The position numbers were made by a program, and so were the translations under genes. DNA of 32,000 nt from Wallemia ichthyophaga EXF-994 (taxonomy: Eukaryota > Fungi > Basidiomycota): positions 1 through 32,000 of the forward strand of contig NW_008806290.1 in the NCBI RefSeq assembly GCF_000400465.1, given 5' to 3'. A model generated the notes under the pieces. It saw nothing but the letters and a program-made list of their open reading frames with translations, ran no database searches and had not been told where the DNA came from. How positions within the stretch are numbered: the first letter of the stretch is position 1; every line of letters begins with the position of its first letter. Shown here piece after piece: positions 10,742 to 22,217 of this stretch.

Positions 10742-12033
10742 ATGCAAAGTTTGAGAAATTTAGCCGGACATACGATGACAGACATTCCTAAAGCTACAGT
10801 GGAGTCTATCACCAGACCTTCCATCTCCAAGCCAACCGCTTCGTTCTACAAAAGGCCCTTGCCACCAAAATGCACATCGTTCAGCTCCCAGCCAGGCAAA
10901 GAAATATTCGCAAATGCCTTATTAGAGGGGAATATGGAGGCGTATTTCCCGCTCGCCAGCCAATTTGTCACTCAGAATGAGCCGGCTTATTGTGGACTCG
11001 GCACGCTGGTTATGATCCTAAACGCTCTGGAAGTGGATCCCGGTCGACGCTATAAAGGTCCTTGGAGGTGGTATGAGCAGGAGGTGCGTCGGTGTAAACC
11101 ACAATTCTATCAGCACTCTAACCCACAGCTCAGATGCTCGATTGCTGTAGATCCTTGCAGAGCGTCGCAGAGACTGGAATTTCACTCACAGAGTTCACCT
11201 GCATCGCGCGCTGTAATGGTCTCAATGCCCACGTCCACTCTGCTCCCATGGGCCTCGATAAATTCCGCCAAGACGTTAAAATGGCTGCCAGGAGTAGCGA
11301 TATGTTCATGGCATTGTCGTATAGTCGGGCATCACTCGGTCAGACTGGCTCAGGCCACTTCAGTCCCGTTGGTGGATACTCCGAGGCGCACGATTCGCTC
11401 CTCCTTCTCGACGTGGCTAGATTCAAATATCCAAGCTACTGGACTTCTATTCAGGATGCTTACGAGGCTATGCTTCCACTCGATCAAGTCACCCAACTCC
11501 CGCGAGGTTACACTCTACTCAGTCCGGTTGAGCCGAGCGAAAGCATTATGACATCATCACTCACCACTATCACTCTCAACAAGAGCACGTGGAAGCTGTT
11601 TCAGTCTAAGATTGGCAGCTCTCTGGACAGTGTGACGGGTGATTCAATTGGTGAATTCATCAACGCTGTCGGTCGGGTTGTGAACAGTAAGGAGATTCGT
11701 GTGGTGGGCAAGAGAAGTATAGCTTCACAAGACAGCCTGTCGGCTCTCCTCGATGAATTTAATGGATCGCAATTTGGAAAATTGCTTCAAGTTGACGATC
11801 CCATTGACGGTCTCTTCTTGATGGCTCTCTTCGCGCCAAACGGACCATTCAACATACGCATTCCACAGAAAATCAAGCCCCAACTGATGGAGGAGATTCT
11901 CTCTACAATCTCGAGCAGCAGTATGTCAACGGAGATGACTGTACTGCAGCAACAATTAACTGCTCTCGGTGAATGCTGTCAGCAGGAGTCTGAATTGAGC
12001 TGTGCATGCGGCAAAGAGAGGAGCTGTTCATAG
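10742..12033 (+). CDS. PCS: Phytochelatin synthase (glutathione gamma-glutamylcysteinyltransferase), about 413 aa, 2 exons
   Basis: Intron 11084-11133 (GTGCGT...CAG). Motifs: SFYKRPLP, QNEPAYCGLGTLVMILNAL (catalytic Cys), KGPWRWY, GSGHFSPVGGY (His), LDVARFKYP (Asp), and a Cys-rich tail CCQQESELSCAC. The start could be ATG 10742 or 10775. Confidence 0.93.
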
Positions 12034-12149
12034 ACACGACAAAATCATTTATTGCATACCCGAATCAAACCAAATTATGACTGTAAAGTAACATTATTAT
12101 GCATAGAGTATTCTATATCAGATCAGAAACCAACTAAACTACGCAAACA

Positions 12150-14319
12150 TTACAGCCCAATTGTCAATAAAGTCTGCTTCTTTTTCTGCTGCTTTTTATT
12201 TGTATTCCTAGAGTCGCTGTTGGGAGATGATGCATCATCACTCGAGCTCTGTCCTTGAACAATTCTTTGCTGGTGTGGTTGGAAGAGTTTCCTGCGCTCA
12301 GCGTTCGCCTTAGCGACGGCATCAGACGACGGCAGGGAGGGAAAATTGGAAGCATGTCTATTAGAAGAGGTGGCGCCACCGCTGCTCCACCCGGTGCTAG
12401 TGCGTGGCTGTGAGCTGCTTGCAAGACCTGGGTAGTGGGAGCTAGACGCAGATGAGCCGGGCGGTATCCGCTGTGGGCGTCTAGGCTGGCTAGCGTCGCG
12501 CTCCCATACCGGTAATGCTCGACTACCAGCTTTGGCAGCAGCTGACGGTCCAAGAGAGGGGAAGCTGTCGATGCGTTGCTGCTGATGCTGACCAGGCTGT
12601 GCAAACCCACCGTTACTGGTGCTCTGTGCTATCTTGTTCTTTCCCCTGTACTCTTTCCACGCCACATCTAGCTCCCGACTCTTCTCAGCATTGTCGAGCA
12701 AAATACCAACTTGGCTGACAACTGACGCTATAATGTCGATATTGTTCTTAAGAATTGAGACTAAAGACTGAATCAAGTCTCTGGCTGTAGATTCACTATT
12801 CTTGAACGCTCGTATACTAAATTTGAACGCTTGAACTGAGTTGCTGGATTTGGTAAAGTTCATCACCTTGTCAATAACCATGGCGTGTTGGGCTGCGACT
12901 GCTGGGTCAATTGGTGTAGGATCGTTTGGTGTTGCAGGTGCGGATGACACGGCTGATGACTGGCCAGATTGACCAGATTGGTTAGGTTGGTTGGTCAACC
13001 GTCCACCGAAAGCGGCTCTTCTTCCACTGCCGGTAGCTGAACGAGTCTGTGCTGGTTGTGCAGATTCTGTAGGTGGATTCCAGTTGACCTCTAGTCGACT
13101 TACATCCCTTCTTTCTTTGTTGGTGAGATGGGCTCCGTGCTCTTCAACTTGGTGGCCACGTAAATCTAGCTCACTGCCAAAGACTACAAACTTCTTATCG
13201 ACACATGTCGCGTCTGGACATGGGTAGTGGTCTGAGACAAAGTGCTTCTCGAGCGCTGGATAGTCTTTGAAGCTTTTGATTGTTTTGTTATGAAGTGTGT
13301 AAAATGAAGAGTTTTCACCCACTAGAGCATCCTGATACCTGCCTGTTTACATAGGAAACATTCCTCGTGGTTCTCGCGCATGTGTCTAAACAATTCGTCT
13401 TCACTGTAGACTGTGGGATGATTAGTTCAATACCACATCAAAGCTAATGACTGACAATGATCCAGACAAAAGTCGCAGCCGGGATGTGAGTCTATTGCAG
13501 GCTGCACCTTCCTAGCTTTGGCGGAGTAAGATGGAAGTGGCGGAAGGTGGCGGAGGAGAGAAGTATGCGAGAAGAGTTTGTGTTCGTGGGTGAACACCTT
13601 CTTGTATCGAATACATAAATCGCTTTGGCAAAGTCAGATAGTTCAAAACACCCGAGAGCTAACATACCAGAGAGTGCCTTTGTGAATATTCTTGGCATGT
13701 ACGCGCAAATCTTGCCATCCAGCAGCAACATAATCGCACTTGCCGCAATTGAAACGAAGCATAGAGAGCGTTGTGCTCATGATTGCTTTAGTTTCGCAAC
13801 GTATGTTAAGCTTCGAGTCGAAAGGCCAGCTATCTATACCTGAGTACTCGTTGTAAGGCTTAGTGGCGCTTTTTACGAAAATGACGTCCTCTTGCTCTTT
13901 CTGTAAAACTCCAATTAGTTGTGTTTTGAGTGACGTTATCCACCCACTTTACAAAAAGTGCATTCGCGATTCTTGAATAGGGCTCGCAGTCTGAGTGTGC
14001 AGGTGTGGCACGTGCGATGGGAGCAAGGGCCCAGAGCCCATATAGACACAGGCTCAGCACAAATGAAGCAAACGGCCTGATCGACGTCTACAGCTGGGGC
14101 TTCGGATGCTTTAGAGAGGCCTGGAGGAGGCATTGGAAGGGGAACAGACTGGCCCTTATTGTTATCTAATTTCGGGCCTTCGTGCTCGCTTTCAGAAGCG
14201 GTAGCTGAAGTGGCCGTGGCTGTGGCTGAGGCTATCGGTGGTTGGGCCGACGACGTCAAGCTGCCATTGAAATTCCTGCGACCGTTCCTAGGCTTATGCG
14301 GAGTATTGTGCGTGCTCAT
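12150..14319 (-). CDS. HEL2: Hel2/ZNF598 RING and C2H2 zinc-finger E3 ubiquitin ligase (ribosome quality control), 5 exons
   Basis: N-terminal RING CFICAEP...PCSHRTCHTCTLRLRALFKNRECTFCK. Spliced exons give CDLCIRYKKVFTHE, HPGCDFC, FYSEDELFRHMRENHEECFLC and YFKDYPALEKHFVSDHYPC...FVVFGSELDLRGHQVEEHG, followed by a low-complexity C-terminus with FPSL motifs. Four ~45-50 nt introns. Confidence 0.9.
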
Positions 14320-14658
14320 CGAGATGGCTAATGATGATGGTTGAGATGGAAGATGAGATTAGTGGGAGCTGTGCACAGGAGAATAGGGGGTTTTGAGCAA
14401 CGTGGGTTTGAGTGCATTATAGCCCGTCAAATACTCACAATCTCATCGCGTAGCTTTAAAATCACGCACAAGTACAAGAAGGATATCAAAATGAGCGGAG
14501 TAGAGCGTGAAATATAATGCTACCAAATAGAGCACGATTCAACCAGAAATTCAGTACAATTTAAGATTATTTTGTAACATTTTCAAATTTGTAGCGTCTA
14601 AGCCGTACTGAGCCACTCGAGTGGAAATTCTTCTTGTAACCCAACTTGAACGAGTAAA

Positions 14659-15898
14659 ATGGCAGACAACGAAATGCAAGTTAACGAAGGACTCATTGAG
14701 TCGAACTACGATGAGGTCGTCGACCACTTTGACAACATGGAGCTTAAGCCTGAGTTGTTGAGAGGTATCTACGCATACGGGTGGGTCAATAGGCTTGGGC
14801 GTATCCCCAGTGACTCACACACACACCGCCAGTTTCGAGCGTCCTTCTGCTATCCAACAACGCGCTATTATGCCTGTCGTTAAGAAGAACGACGTTATCG
14901 CTCAAGCCCAGTCTGGTACTGGTAAAACTGCCACTTTCACCGTCTCCATCTTGCAGAGAATCGACGCGTCTATCAAGGGCACTCAAGCTCTTATCGTCGC
15001 TCCTACCCGTGAACTTGCTCAACAGATTCACAAGGTCGTTGTTGCTTTAGGTGACTACATGGGTATCACTTGTCACGCTTGTGTTGGTGGTACGAACGTT
15101 CGTGAGGATATGGCTAAGCTTCAAGACGGTGTTCACGTCGTCGTCGGTACCCCTGGTCGTGTCTACGATATGTTGAACAGACGCGTTCTCAGCACCCAGC
15201 ACATGCAAATTTTCTGTCTTGATGAGGCTGATGAGATGTTGTCCCGTGGTTTCAAGGAGCAGATCTACGAGGTCTTCCAACTCCTCCCAGGTGAAACTCA
15301 AGTTGCTCTCTTCTCTGCAACCATGCCTGCTGATGTTTTGGATGTCTCAAAGAAATTCATGCGTGACCCAATTAGAATTCTCGTCAAGCGTGATGAATTG
15401 ACCTTGGAAGGTATCAAGCAGTTCTACATCAACGTTGACAAGGATGAATGGAAATTGGACACTCTCGCAGATTTGTACGAGACTGTTACCATCACTCAAG
15501 CTGTCATCTTCTGTAACTCTCGTCGTCGTGTCGATTGGTTGACTGAACAATTAGGTGCTAGAGATTTCACCGTTTCTGCTATGCACGGTGATATGGACCA
15601 AAACCAACGTGAAACTATCATGAAGGAGTTCAGATCAGGTTCTTCAAGAGTTTTGATCACCACTGATCTTTTGGCTAGAGGTATTGACGTTCAACAAGTT
15701 TCACTTGTCATCAACTACGACTTACCTGCTTCCCGTGAAAACTACATTCACAGAATCGGTAGAGGTGGTAGATTCGGTAGAAAGGGTGTTGCCATCAACT
15801 TTGTTACAGAGGATGATGTCAAGATGTTACGTGAAATTGAGCAATTCTACTCAACTCAAATTGATGAGATGCCATTGAACGTAGCTGATCTTATCTAA
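14659..15898 (+). CDS. TIF1: Translation initiation factor eIF4A (DEAD-box helicase), 395 aa, 2 exons
   Basis: Intron 14781-14832. Motifs: [67 protein letters not shown] and [13 protein letters not shown]. Codon usage is strongly biased, as in highly expressed genes. Confidence 0.97.
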
Positions 15899-16212
15899 GA
15901 TTAAATATAGTGTATTTAGGTTAATTATCTGGTTGTCGTGGTATCAGTAATTGTAAATTTCTGCATTTCTTTTTTACTTTACTTTGTGTGTGTCTTTGTA
16001 TCTGAAAGTTTTGACTTTTATCGGGGTGAAGAAGGGTGATGAAATGTTTATCACTGTTTTCCTGAAAGCGTGTGAGCTATAATACACAATTCAAACAGAA
16101 CCCTTTGGATGACTCCAGAAAAGCGAGAGGCCAAATCTAGCCCTAAATTTCTTACGGCCAAGGTTGATAAGTACAGATGAATAGGTCAATTTAAGGTAAA
16201 GTTGGCTATAAG

Positions 16213-17342
16213 ATGTCGCATAAGGTTAGCTGCGAGGAGTTAGCTGCACTGGAGAAGTTGGAAAACGACCTAATCAGAAACCAGTCAATCTTCAAGTATC
16301 TGAGTAGATATCTCGATAAGAATAACAGAATAGAAGAGAATCATAGCAAGGGTCATGAGACTAGAGAGATATTTCTGCGGTCACTCGAGCCATTTGTCTT
16401 TGCTTGCTCGAGTCAATGTGTAACTATGTGGGGGTGATTGTTTGCCAGTTGCGTAAGTTGCTTAAAATGGACTGACTGAGAACGTAAAACAGCACTGCTG
16501 GCAAAATTCATTGTAACGAGATCCTCAAGCTGATCAAGCGCAAACCAGATTATGAGTGTGGGTTCGGTAAACACTGATCAAACAGCCTATTCATTGGACA
16601 AAACGCATTAATTTAATTACACTGTCCGCTCTTCTCATTGGCTATATGCCTGTCACAATTAAACTCTATCAAGAATCATACACAGGTAGCTTTTGTTTGT
16701 GCTTACATTGGGAATGTTAGGACTAAGCAGCTGATAGCTTTCGTGAGGGATGTATGCAGCTTTTTCCGTCTACAAAGTCGATTTCGTTCTGCAAAGACTT
16801 GAGATCTGCCGAGAAGGTCGTCGAGAAGGTCAGCAAAACTCAGCCAAAGGCGCTGGTTGTGTACCATGCACACGACAAAGAGGCATTCGATAGAGTTGGT
16901 TTGTGCGTGTTAAAGGTGATGGTATCAGTCTCACTCGCACTTGCGCTCTTCACGTAGACAACGACGAGCTGCGTATATCTTTTAGCTCTGATAATATCCC
17001 GCCTAGCCTGATTAATCAGAAAATCAAGCTGATTGTGGGTGTATGCTGACCAGCGAGCACACCACAAACAAACAAACACTGCAGGTGAACTGCAACCAGC
17101 CACCGCATCACTGAGAATACACAATCCTGGGCGGTTTGCTGAGTGGAATTGACGCCAAGTCCTATCAGATGTGTAGACCGCTGTTATCGGCTGAGAAGGC
17201 AATTGCGATAACGCTTACGAGCGAGCTCGAGATGATGCCGTTGGTATAGTCCAGCTGGTGAGCGTCGTGTAGTGTGTCGAGGTTGACACGAATCTGACCG
17301 GAAAACCAGCTGAACTCGCGTCTAAAGCGTGAACTGGGCTAA
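16213..17342 (+). CDS. Putative multi-exon orphan gene; internal exon structure unresolved
   Basis: 74-codon ORF from ATG 16213, protein-like open frames at about 16590-16690 and 16754-16900, and a clean terminal intron 17258-17309 (GTGAGC...CTGAC...CAG) followed by LNSRLKRELG-stop at 17342. I could not join all exons in one frame. Confidence 0.35.
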
Positions 17343-17431
17343 TGCACACTGCAATGACAAACTGCTGTAGTTTTATTTTAAATTTAAATTTCCATTTTGT
17401 ATTTTGTATTTCAGATAGTAGACACAGATAC

Positions 17432-17441
17432 CGCGACGCGT
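17432..17441. promoter_or_regulatory. MCB-like element (CGCG-ACGCGT) upstream of CTF4
   Basis: ACGCGT at 17436-17441, preceded by CGCG, 24 bp upstream of the predicted ATG. MluI cell-cycle boxes drive G1/S replication genes in yeasts. The motif is short, so a chance match is possible. Confidence 0.35.
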
Positions 17442-17464
17442 CGTTGAGTTTTGTAAAGTTACCA

Positions 17465-20400
17465 ATGAGTGTAGCGCCGTCTGTATGTATGGAATGGGTG
17501 AACTGCGATACAAATTAACGATGCGAGCAGGAACACCTCTCCACGCTGTGGTGCCATTCCGAGGGATTGGCCCGTCTGCTGTATTCGCCAGACGGGAGCA
17601 AGTTGTACACGGCGGGGAATGACTCGATGCTGCGAGCGTTTAGTCTGAACAGCGACCAGAGTCTGGGTGAGTCGCAGGTGATAGATGCGCACACGGACTC
17701 GATCCAGTCGCTCGACGCGACGAGCCAACTAGTCATTACAGCCTGCGAAGATGGCTGCGTGCGGTCATTCAACCTCTCCGACAACTCCTTCAACGAGCTC
17801 CTCGTTAAATCCTCTCTCCCGGCGCGCTGGATCGGCGTCGAGAGGGTTAGAGGGCGTGCTAAGCGTATAGCGCTTGCCTCTGACGAACTTATTGTGAAAA
17901 TAGTGGATTTGAATGATCACCTCAAGGTCAGTTTGCTGCAGGGACACACAAAATCAGTCAGGTGTGCTACGTGGGCACCCAACGGCGGCGTCTTGGCCAC
18001 CTCCAGCGCAGACGGCTCGATAAAGATATGGAAGGAGAAGCACAGCCAGTTCGAATGCATCAAGACAATCGACGGGATTATCAGAGCCGATGACGCGGAG
18101 TGAGTGGGGTTTTTATCTTGGTCTGGCTCTGCAAACACTCTAACGCGTCTTTTTCAGCTCCGAATATGGCGTCGCAGCGCACTGGCACCCTTCTGGCAAA
18201 TTAATCGTCTGCACTACGCGTGCAAGCGACATTGCCATCATCGATACATCCACATACAGGAAAATTGGCAGTCTGTCTCACGATGGACATACAGCGGACG
18301 TGTCAGAAGTGGAGTGGTCGCCCAATGGTCGCTATCTCGCTAGTGCAGGTCGTGATGGTAATGTACTGGTGTGGTCCATCGACGACAGGAGGGTGATTGC
18401 AAAAACTAAGGCTGAGTCACTCGTGACGGCATTCGCTTGGCATCCGACGGAGAACGTGCTCTCGTTTATCGATACTTCGTCGTCAGTTACGAGATGGCTT
18501 AGACCTGTGCCTGATGCTGCTGAGCCGCCATGCGGTGGCAAGGTGCTCTATGGCGATGAGATGCACACTGCTAATGGCAAGGCTGGACATGCGCTCGGGT
18601 ATGAAGACAAGGAGTCGCGCCAAGATGAAGACACGGTTTTGCGCGAACTGAGTGAGCTGCGAGACGGAGACCAAGACAATCTCGATGATTTCGCAATAGA
18701 TGGAGATGACAAGGAGAATGGCGATGGTGATGGTAATTTGGATGACGATGAGTATACCCACTCAAAGCGGAAGCACACCTCGGCAGCAGTATACGACGGA
18801 GGTCAACGCCCCTTCCAACCAGGCAGCACACCTCTGCGCGTAGACAGACGCTACCTAGCGTTCAACATGGTTGGGGTGGTGCACGCGGTAGACCAAGACA
18901 CGCACAATCTTATCACGGTAGAGTTCCACGACAAAAGTGCGCATCGCGGTTACAGTTTCCAGGATCACTTCAAGTCGTCCTTGTGCGCGCTCGGGGAGGC
19001 AGGTGCGGTGTATGCGTCTGCCGGAGCAGCTGGAGCAGCTTCGATGGTTGTCTACAAACCCTTCGACAGCTGGTCAGCGCAGCAAGACTGGAGTGTGCGG
19101 CTGGGAGACGGGGAGGTGGCAAGTTTAGTCGCGTGTACCTCGAGCGTCGTCGTCGTATGCTCATCTACCCCTTCCACCCACCTCATCCGCTTCTTCACGA
19201 CTAGTGGCATACAGAGGTATGTCCTCAACCACGGCAAAGAGATGGTGACTGCGAGCGCGAGTAGACAGTATCTCATCATCGTTTCCCGATCTACCGGGGG
19301 CGCTGTGAACGGACTCCAAAATTTGGAGTACGACGTTATGGATCTGTTTACACTCGAGTGGGTTCAGCGTGGTGCTGTGCCGTTGGGACAGGGTGGCGAG
19401 ATACGCTGGCTGGGTTTCTCGGTGGATGTCGATGTGAGTGGGGTTGTTTTATTCGGCGGACTGTCTCACTCACACTCCGCAGATACCCGTCATGTTTGAC
19501 TCTAATGGACTGTTATCGATGCTGGACCGCTTTGCGACACCCATGCAGGCGCGTTGGGTGCCGTTGCTGGATACAGCCACACTCGAGCGGGGGCGCGACA
19601 AACAAGAACGGTATTGGCCGGTGGGCGTGGTGGGCAATTCGCTGCAATGCCTCATTTTGAAAGGGAGGGAGCAGCACCCCTTCTTCCCCCGCCCGCTTAT
19701 CAGTACATTGGATGTGCGCATGCCGGTGCTTGGCCTAGATACGCAGCAGGGGCAGCTAGAGGAGGGCGTACTGCGCGACTCGCTGGTGCTGAGCCACGCG
19801 CGGGGGCAGGCTGAGAATGTAGGAGACGAGGAACATTCCAACCTCGAAGAAGCCATCAAGAAACATGAACTCACCATCGATAAAGGACTCCTGCAGCTTA
19901 TTAATACGGCTTGCAAGGCGGATCGCTTGCAGAGAGCACTGGATGCGGCGGGGATGCTGAACCAGTTCAGCTCTGTCGACGCAGCTATGAAGATCGCCGC
20001 CTTCTTTCATCTTCCTAGTTTGCAGGATCGCATCTATCTGCTGAAGGAGGAGAAGATGCGGGTGAGTGGGAGGAGTAAGGGTGGGAGGAGTAAGAGGATG
20101 AACTACGAAGAGAGACTGATGAGCAGGCCGCTGTCGACACTGCCTGTCGGCTCGGTTGGTCAGAGCTCCCACAGCAATCACGCACCTGCATTTCCAGCTC
20201 GGAAACCACACCAGAAGAGGCGGTTTGACGCACCTGTAGAGCTGGATGACGTTGACGTGGGCGGGGATGTGACGCAGGAGGTGGTAGACGTAGAGGGAGA
20301 TGGCGATGAAGATGAGCCTATTGACTTTAGCGACGATGAAGAGGAGGATGGGGCGGAGGAGGGAGAGCACGCTGAGAACCCCACCACCACCTCAAACAAA

Positions 20401-20823
20401 CGCAAGATGGACGCAGTTGACGACAGCCAACTCACCTTTTCACCGCCACAGAGCAGCCGGGCGAGACTAAGCGAGGAGGTGATGGCGATACCACCCCCAC
20501 CGATACCAGGAATGGCGACGGGCACCGCGCAGACTACGCAGTCCAACCCATTCGCCAAGTCCGCCAATCCATTTGCTAAAACACCCGCTGTCTCACTCGC
20601 GGATAACAAGACAGCGCTTAAGAAGAGCAGCATACACCAGTCAGATTCCTTCTTTGAGCGGGCAGAGAGGCCAGTAGAGAGGAGCGGGAAGGCGGGACAG
20701 AGTAAGAAGAAGAACACGAATAAGAAGCAACAGTCTTCACTCCTCAGCCACCTCCAGAAGCCTGCGTCGGCATTGCATGAGAGGGATGAGAATGAGAATG
20801 AGAATGATAACTCAAATGAGTAG
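17465..20823 (+). CDS. CTF4: Ctf4/Mcl1/SepB (WDHD1/And-1) replisome adaptor with WD40 and SepB domains, 4 exons
   Basis: Introns 17483-17530, 18100-18157 and 19434-19482. N-terminal WD40 (HSEGLARLLYSPDG, GHTKSVRCATWAPNG, EWSPNGRYLASAG). SepB motifs QRPFQPGSTP...RRYLAFNMVG, VEFHD, RWVPLLDT...YWPVGV, P.FPRP and DKGLLQLI..ACKA..L.RALD...L. Acidic and basic low-complexity tail. Confidence 0.9.
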
Positions 20824-20875
20824 TGTCTATATGTAATTAATAAATAAGTAACCAAGTAATATACAAACGATCCAA

Positions 20876-22180
20876 CTAAAACTTCTTCTGCTTCTTTTTG
20901 CCTTGGGAGGTAGTTTTGGGGAGACTAGCAACGTCGTCATCCATATCCATATCGTCTCTCGCTGAATGCTTGCCTTTGCGTTTCTTTTGCTGCGATTCGC
21001 GCATTTCCACTGCGGCCAATCTCGCCGCTTCGTTGACGCGTTCGACGAGGAGGGGAATGGCCTGTTTATCGTGAGGGAATTCCTCCATTTTAACGTTGGT
21101 AGATTTTTCGATACGTTGGAGGAGTTCCACGTCGTATTGAGTGACGAAAGTGACAGCCTTACCACTGCGTCCTGCTCTCGCTGTTCTACCCACACGGTGG
21201 ATGTAGTCTTTAGAGTTGGATGGTGTATCGTAGTTGACGACGTAGTCCACACTAGGAATATCCAGCCCACGACTAGCTACATCGGTAGCTACGAGAATGT
21301 TGCGTCCACCTGCTTTGAATTTGTTGAGGGCGCCAAGTCGGGATGACTGAGACAATTGACCGTGCAAAGGTATCGCGGGAAAACCAAGGTTGCGGAGAAT
21401 GATGGAAATGCGTTGAGCATCTGCGACAGTGCGGGTGAAAATAATCATCGAATGGCCAGCTACTTCGTTAGCCAAGTAGATGAGATAGCTGTCTTTGAGT
21501 TTGAAGGGGAAGAAGAGGTAGTGTTGCAACAGCGTAGACACAGTCTGGTACTTGTCACTCACTTCCACCTTAACTGGGTTGGAGAGCGAGGCACGTTGAA
21601 GTTTGGCGACTTTCGTGGTCATTGTCGCGGAGAAGAGCATGGTTGTGCGTGATTTTGGGAGGATCTTCAAGAGCTTGTCGATGATCGGACCGAAATCCAT
21701 ATCAAGCAATCTGTCAGCCTCGTCCATGATAAGAAACTTGATATTCCGGAGGGAGAAGCCCTTTGTGTTCTCGAGGTGATCGTGGAGGCGCCCAGGGGTT
21801 GCGACGATGACGTGCGGTTTCTTGGAGAGGGCTATAGACTGGGTCATCATGTCCATACCACCAACGATGGTGGCAGTGCGTAGACCGATGCTTGAACCGA
21901 GGGCGTCGAACTGCTCAGAGATTTGGTACGCGAGTTCTCTGGTGGGAGCGAGGACGCAGCAGAAGTAAGGGGAGGGAGTATCGTACAGAAGCTGTATAAC
22001 AGGCAACGCAAACGCGGCAGTCTTCCCGCTGCCTGTCTGGGCTAAACCAATGATATCCCTCGATTGGAGCGAGTAAGGGATCGACTGTTGCTGGATCTCA
22101 GTGGGGCTAGTATATCCAAGGCGTTGACAATTTTTAATTAAATCATCGATGAGATTGAGGTCCTTGAACGAGCAAGCCAT
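20876..22180 (-). CDS. RRP3: DEAD-box rRNA helicase Rrp3 (DDX47), 434 aa, intronless
   Basis: Motifs: [85 protein letters not shown] and [15 protein letters not shown]. Confidence 0.94.
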   Translation of the reverse strand: MACSFKDLNLIDDLIKNCQRLGYTSPTEIQQQSIPYSLQSRDIIGLAQTGSGKTAAFALPVIQLLYDTPSPYFCCVLAPTRELAYQISEQFDALGSSIGLRTATIVGGMDMMTQSIALSKKPHVIVATPGRLHDHLENTKGFSLRNIKFLIMDEADRLLDMDFGPIIDKLLKILPKSRTTMLFSATMTTKVAKLQRASLSNPVKVEVSDKYQTVSTLLQHYLFFPFKLKDSYLIYLANEVAGHSMIIFTRTVADAQRISIILRNLGFPAIPLHGQLSQSSRLGALNKFKAGGRNILVATDVASRGLDIPSVDYVVNYDTPSNSKDYIHRVGRTARAGRSGKAVTFVTQYDVELLQRIEKSTNVKMEEFPHDKQAIPLLVERVNEAARLAAVEMRESQQKKRKGKHSARDDMDMDDDVASLPKTTSQGKKKQKKF

Positions 22181-22217
22181 GGTCGTTGGTGGTCAACGGT
22201 CAACAACCACTACTTGA

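Noticed and set aside
16840-17202. 120-aa minus-strand ORF as a divergent partner for CTF4
   Set aside because: It starts with TTG, has no upstream ATG exon and no recognisable domain. Splice signals in this gap fit the plus strand better.
20788-20820. GAGAAT microsatellite at the CTF4 3' end and similar hexamer runs in PDE1 and the orphan
   Set aside because: These are ordinary coding microsatellites in disordered regions (ENENEN, GSGSGS, SRSRSR), with no sign of a separate function.
19756-20855. Long antisense ORFs (204 and 225 aa) opposite CTF4, and similar ones opposite URE1, HEL2, TIF1, RRP3, UBP3 and SUV3
   Set aside because: These are shadow frames of GC-rich or codon-biased genes, with low-complexity translations and no motifs.
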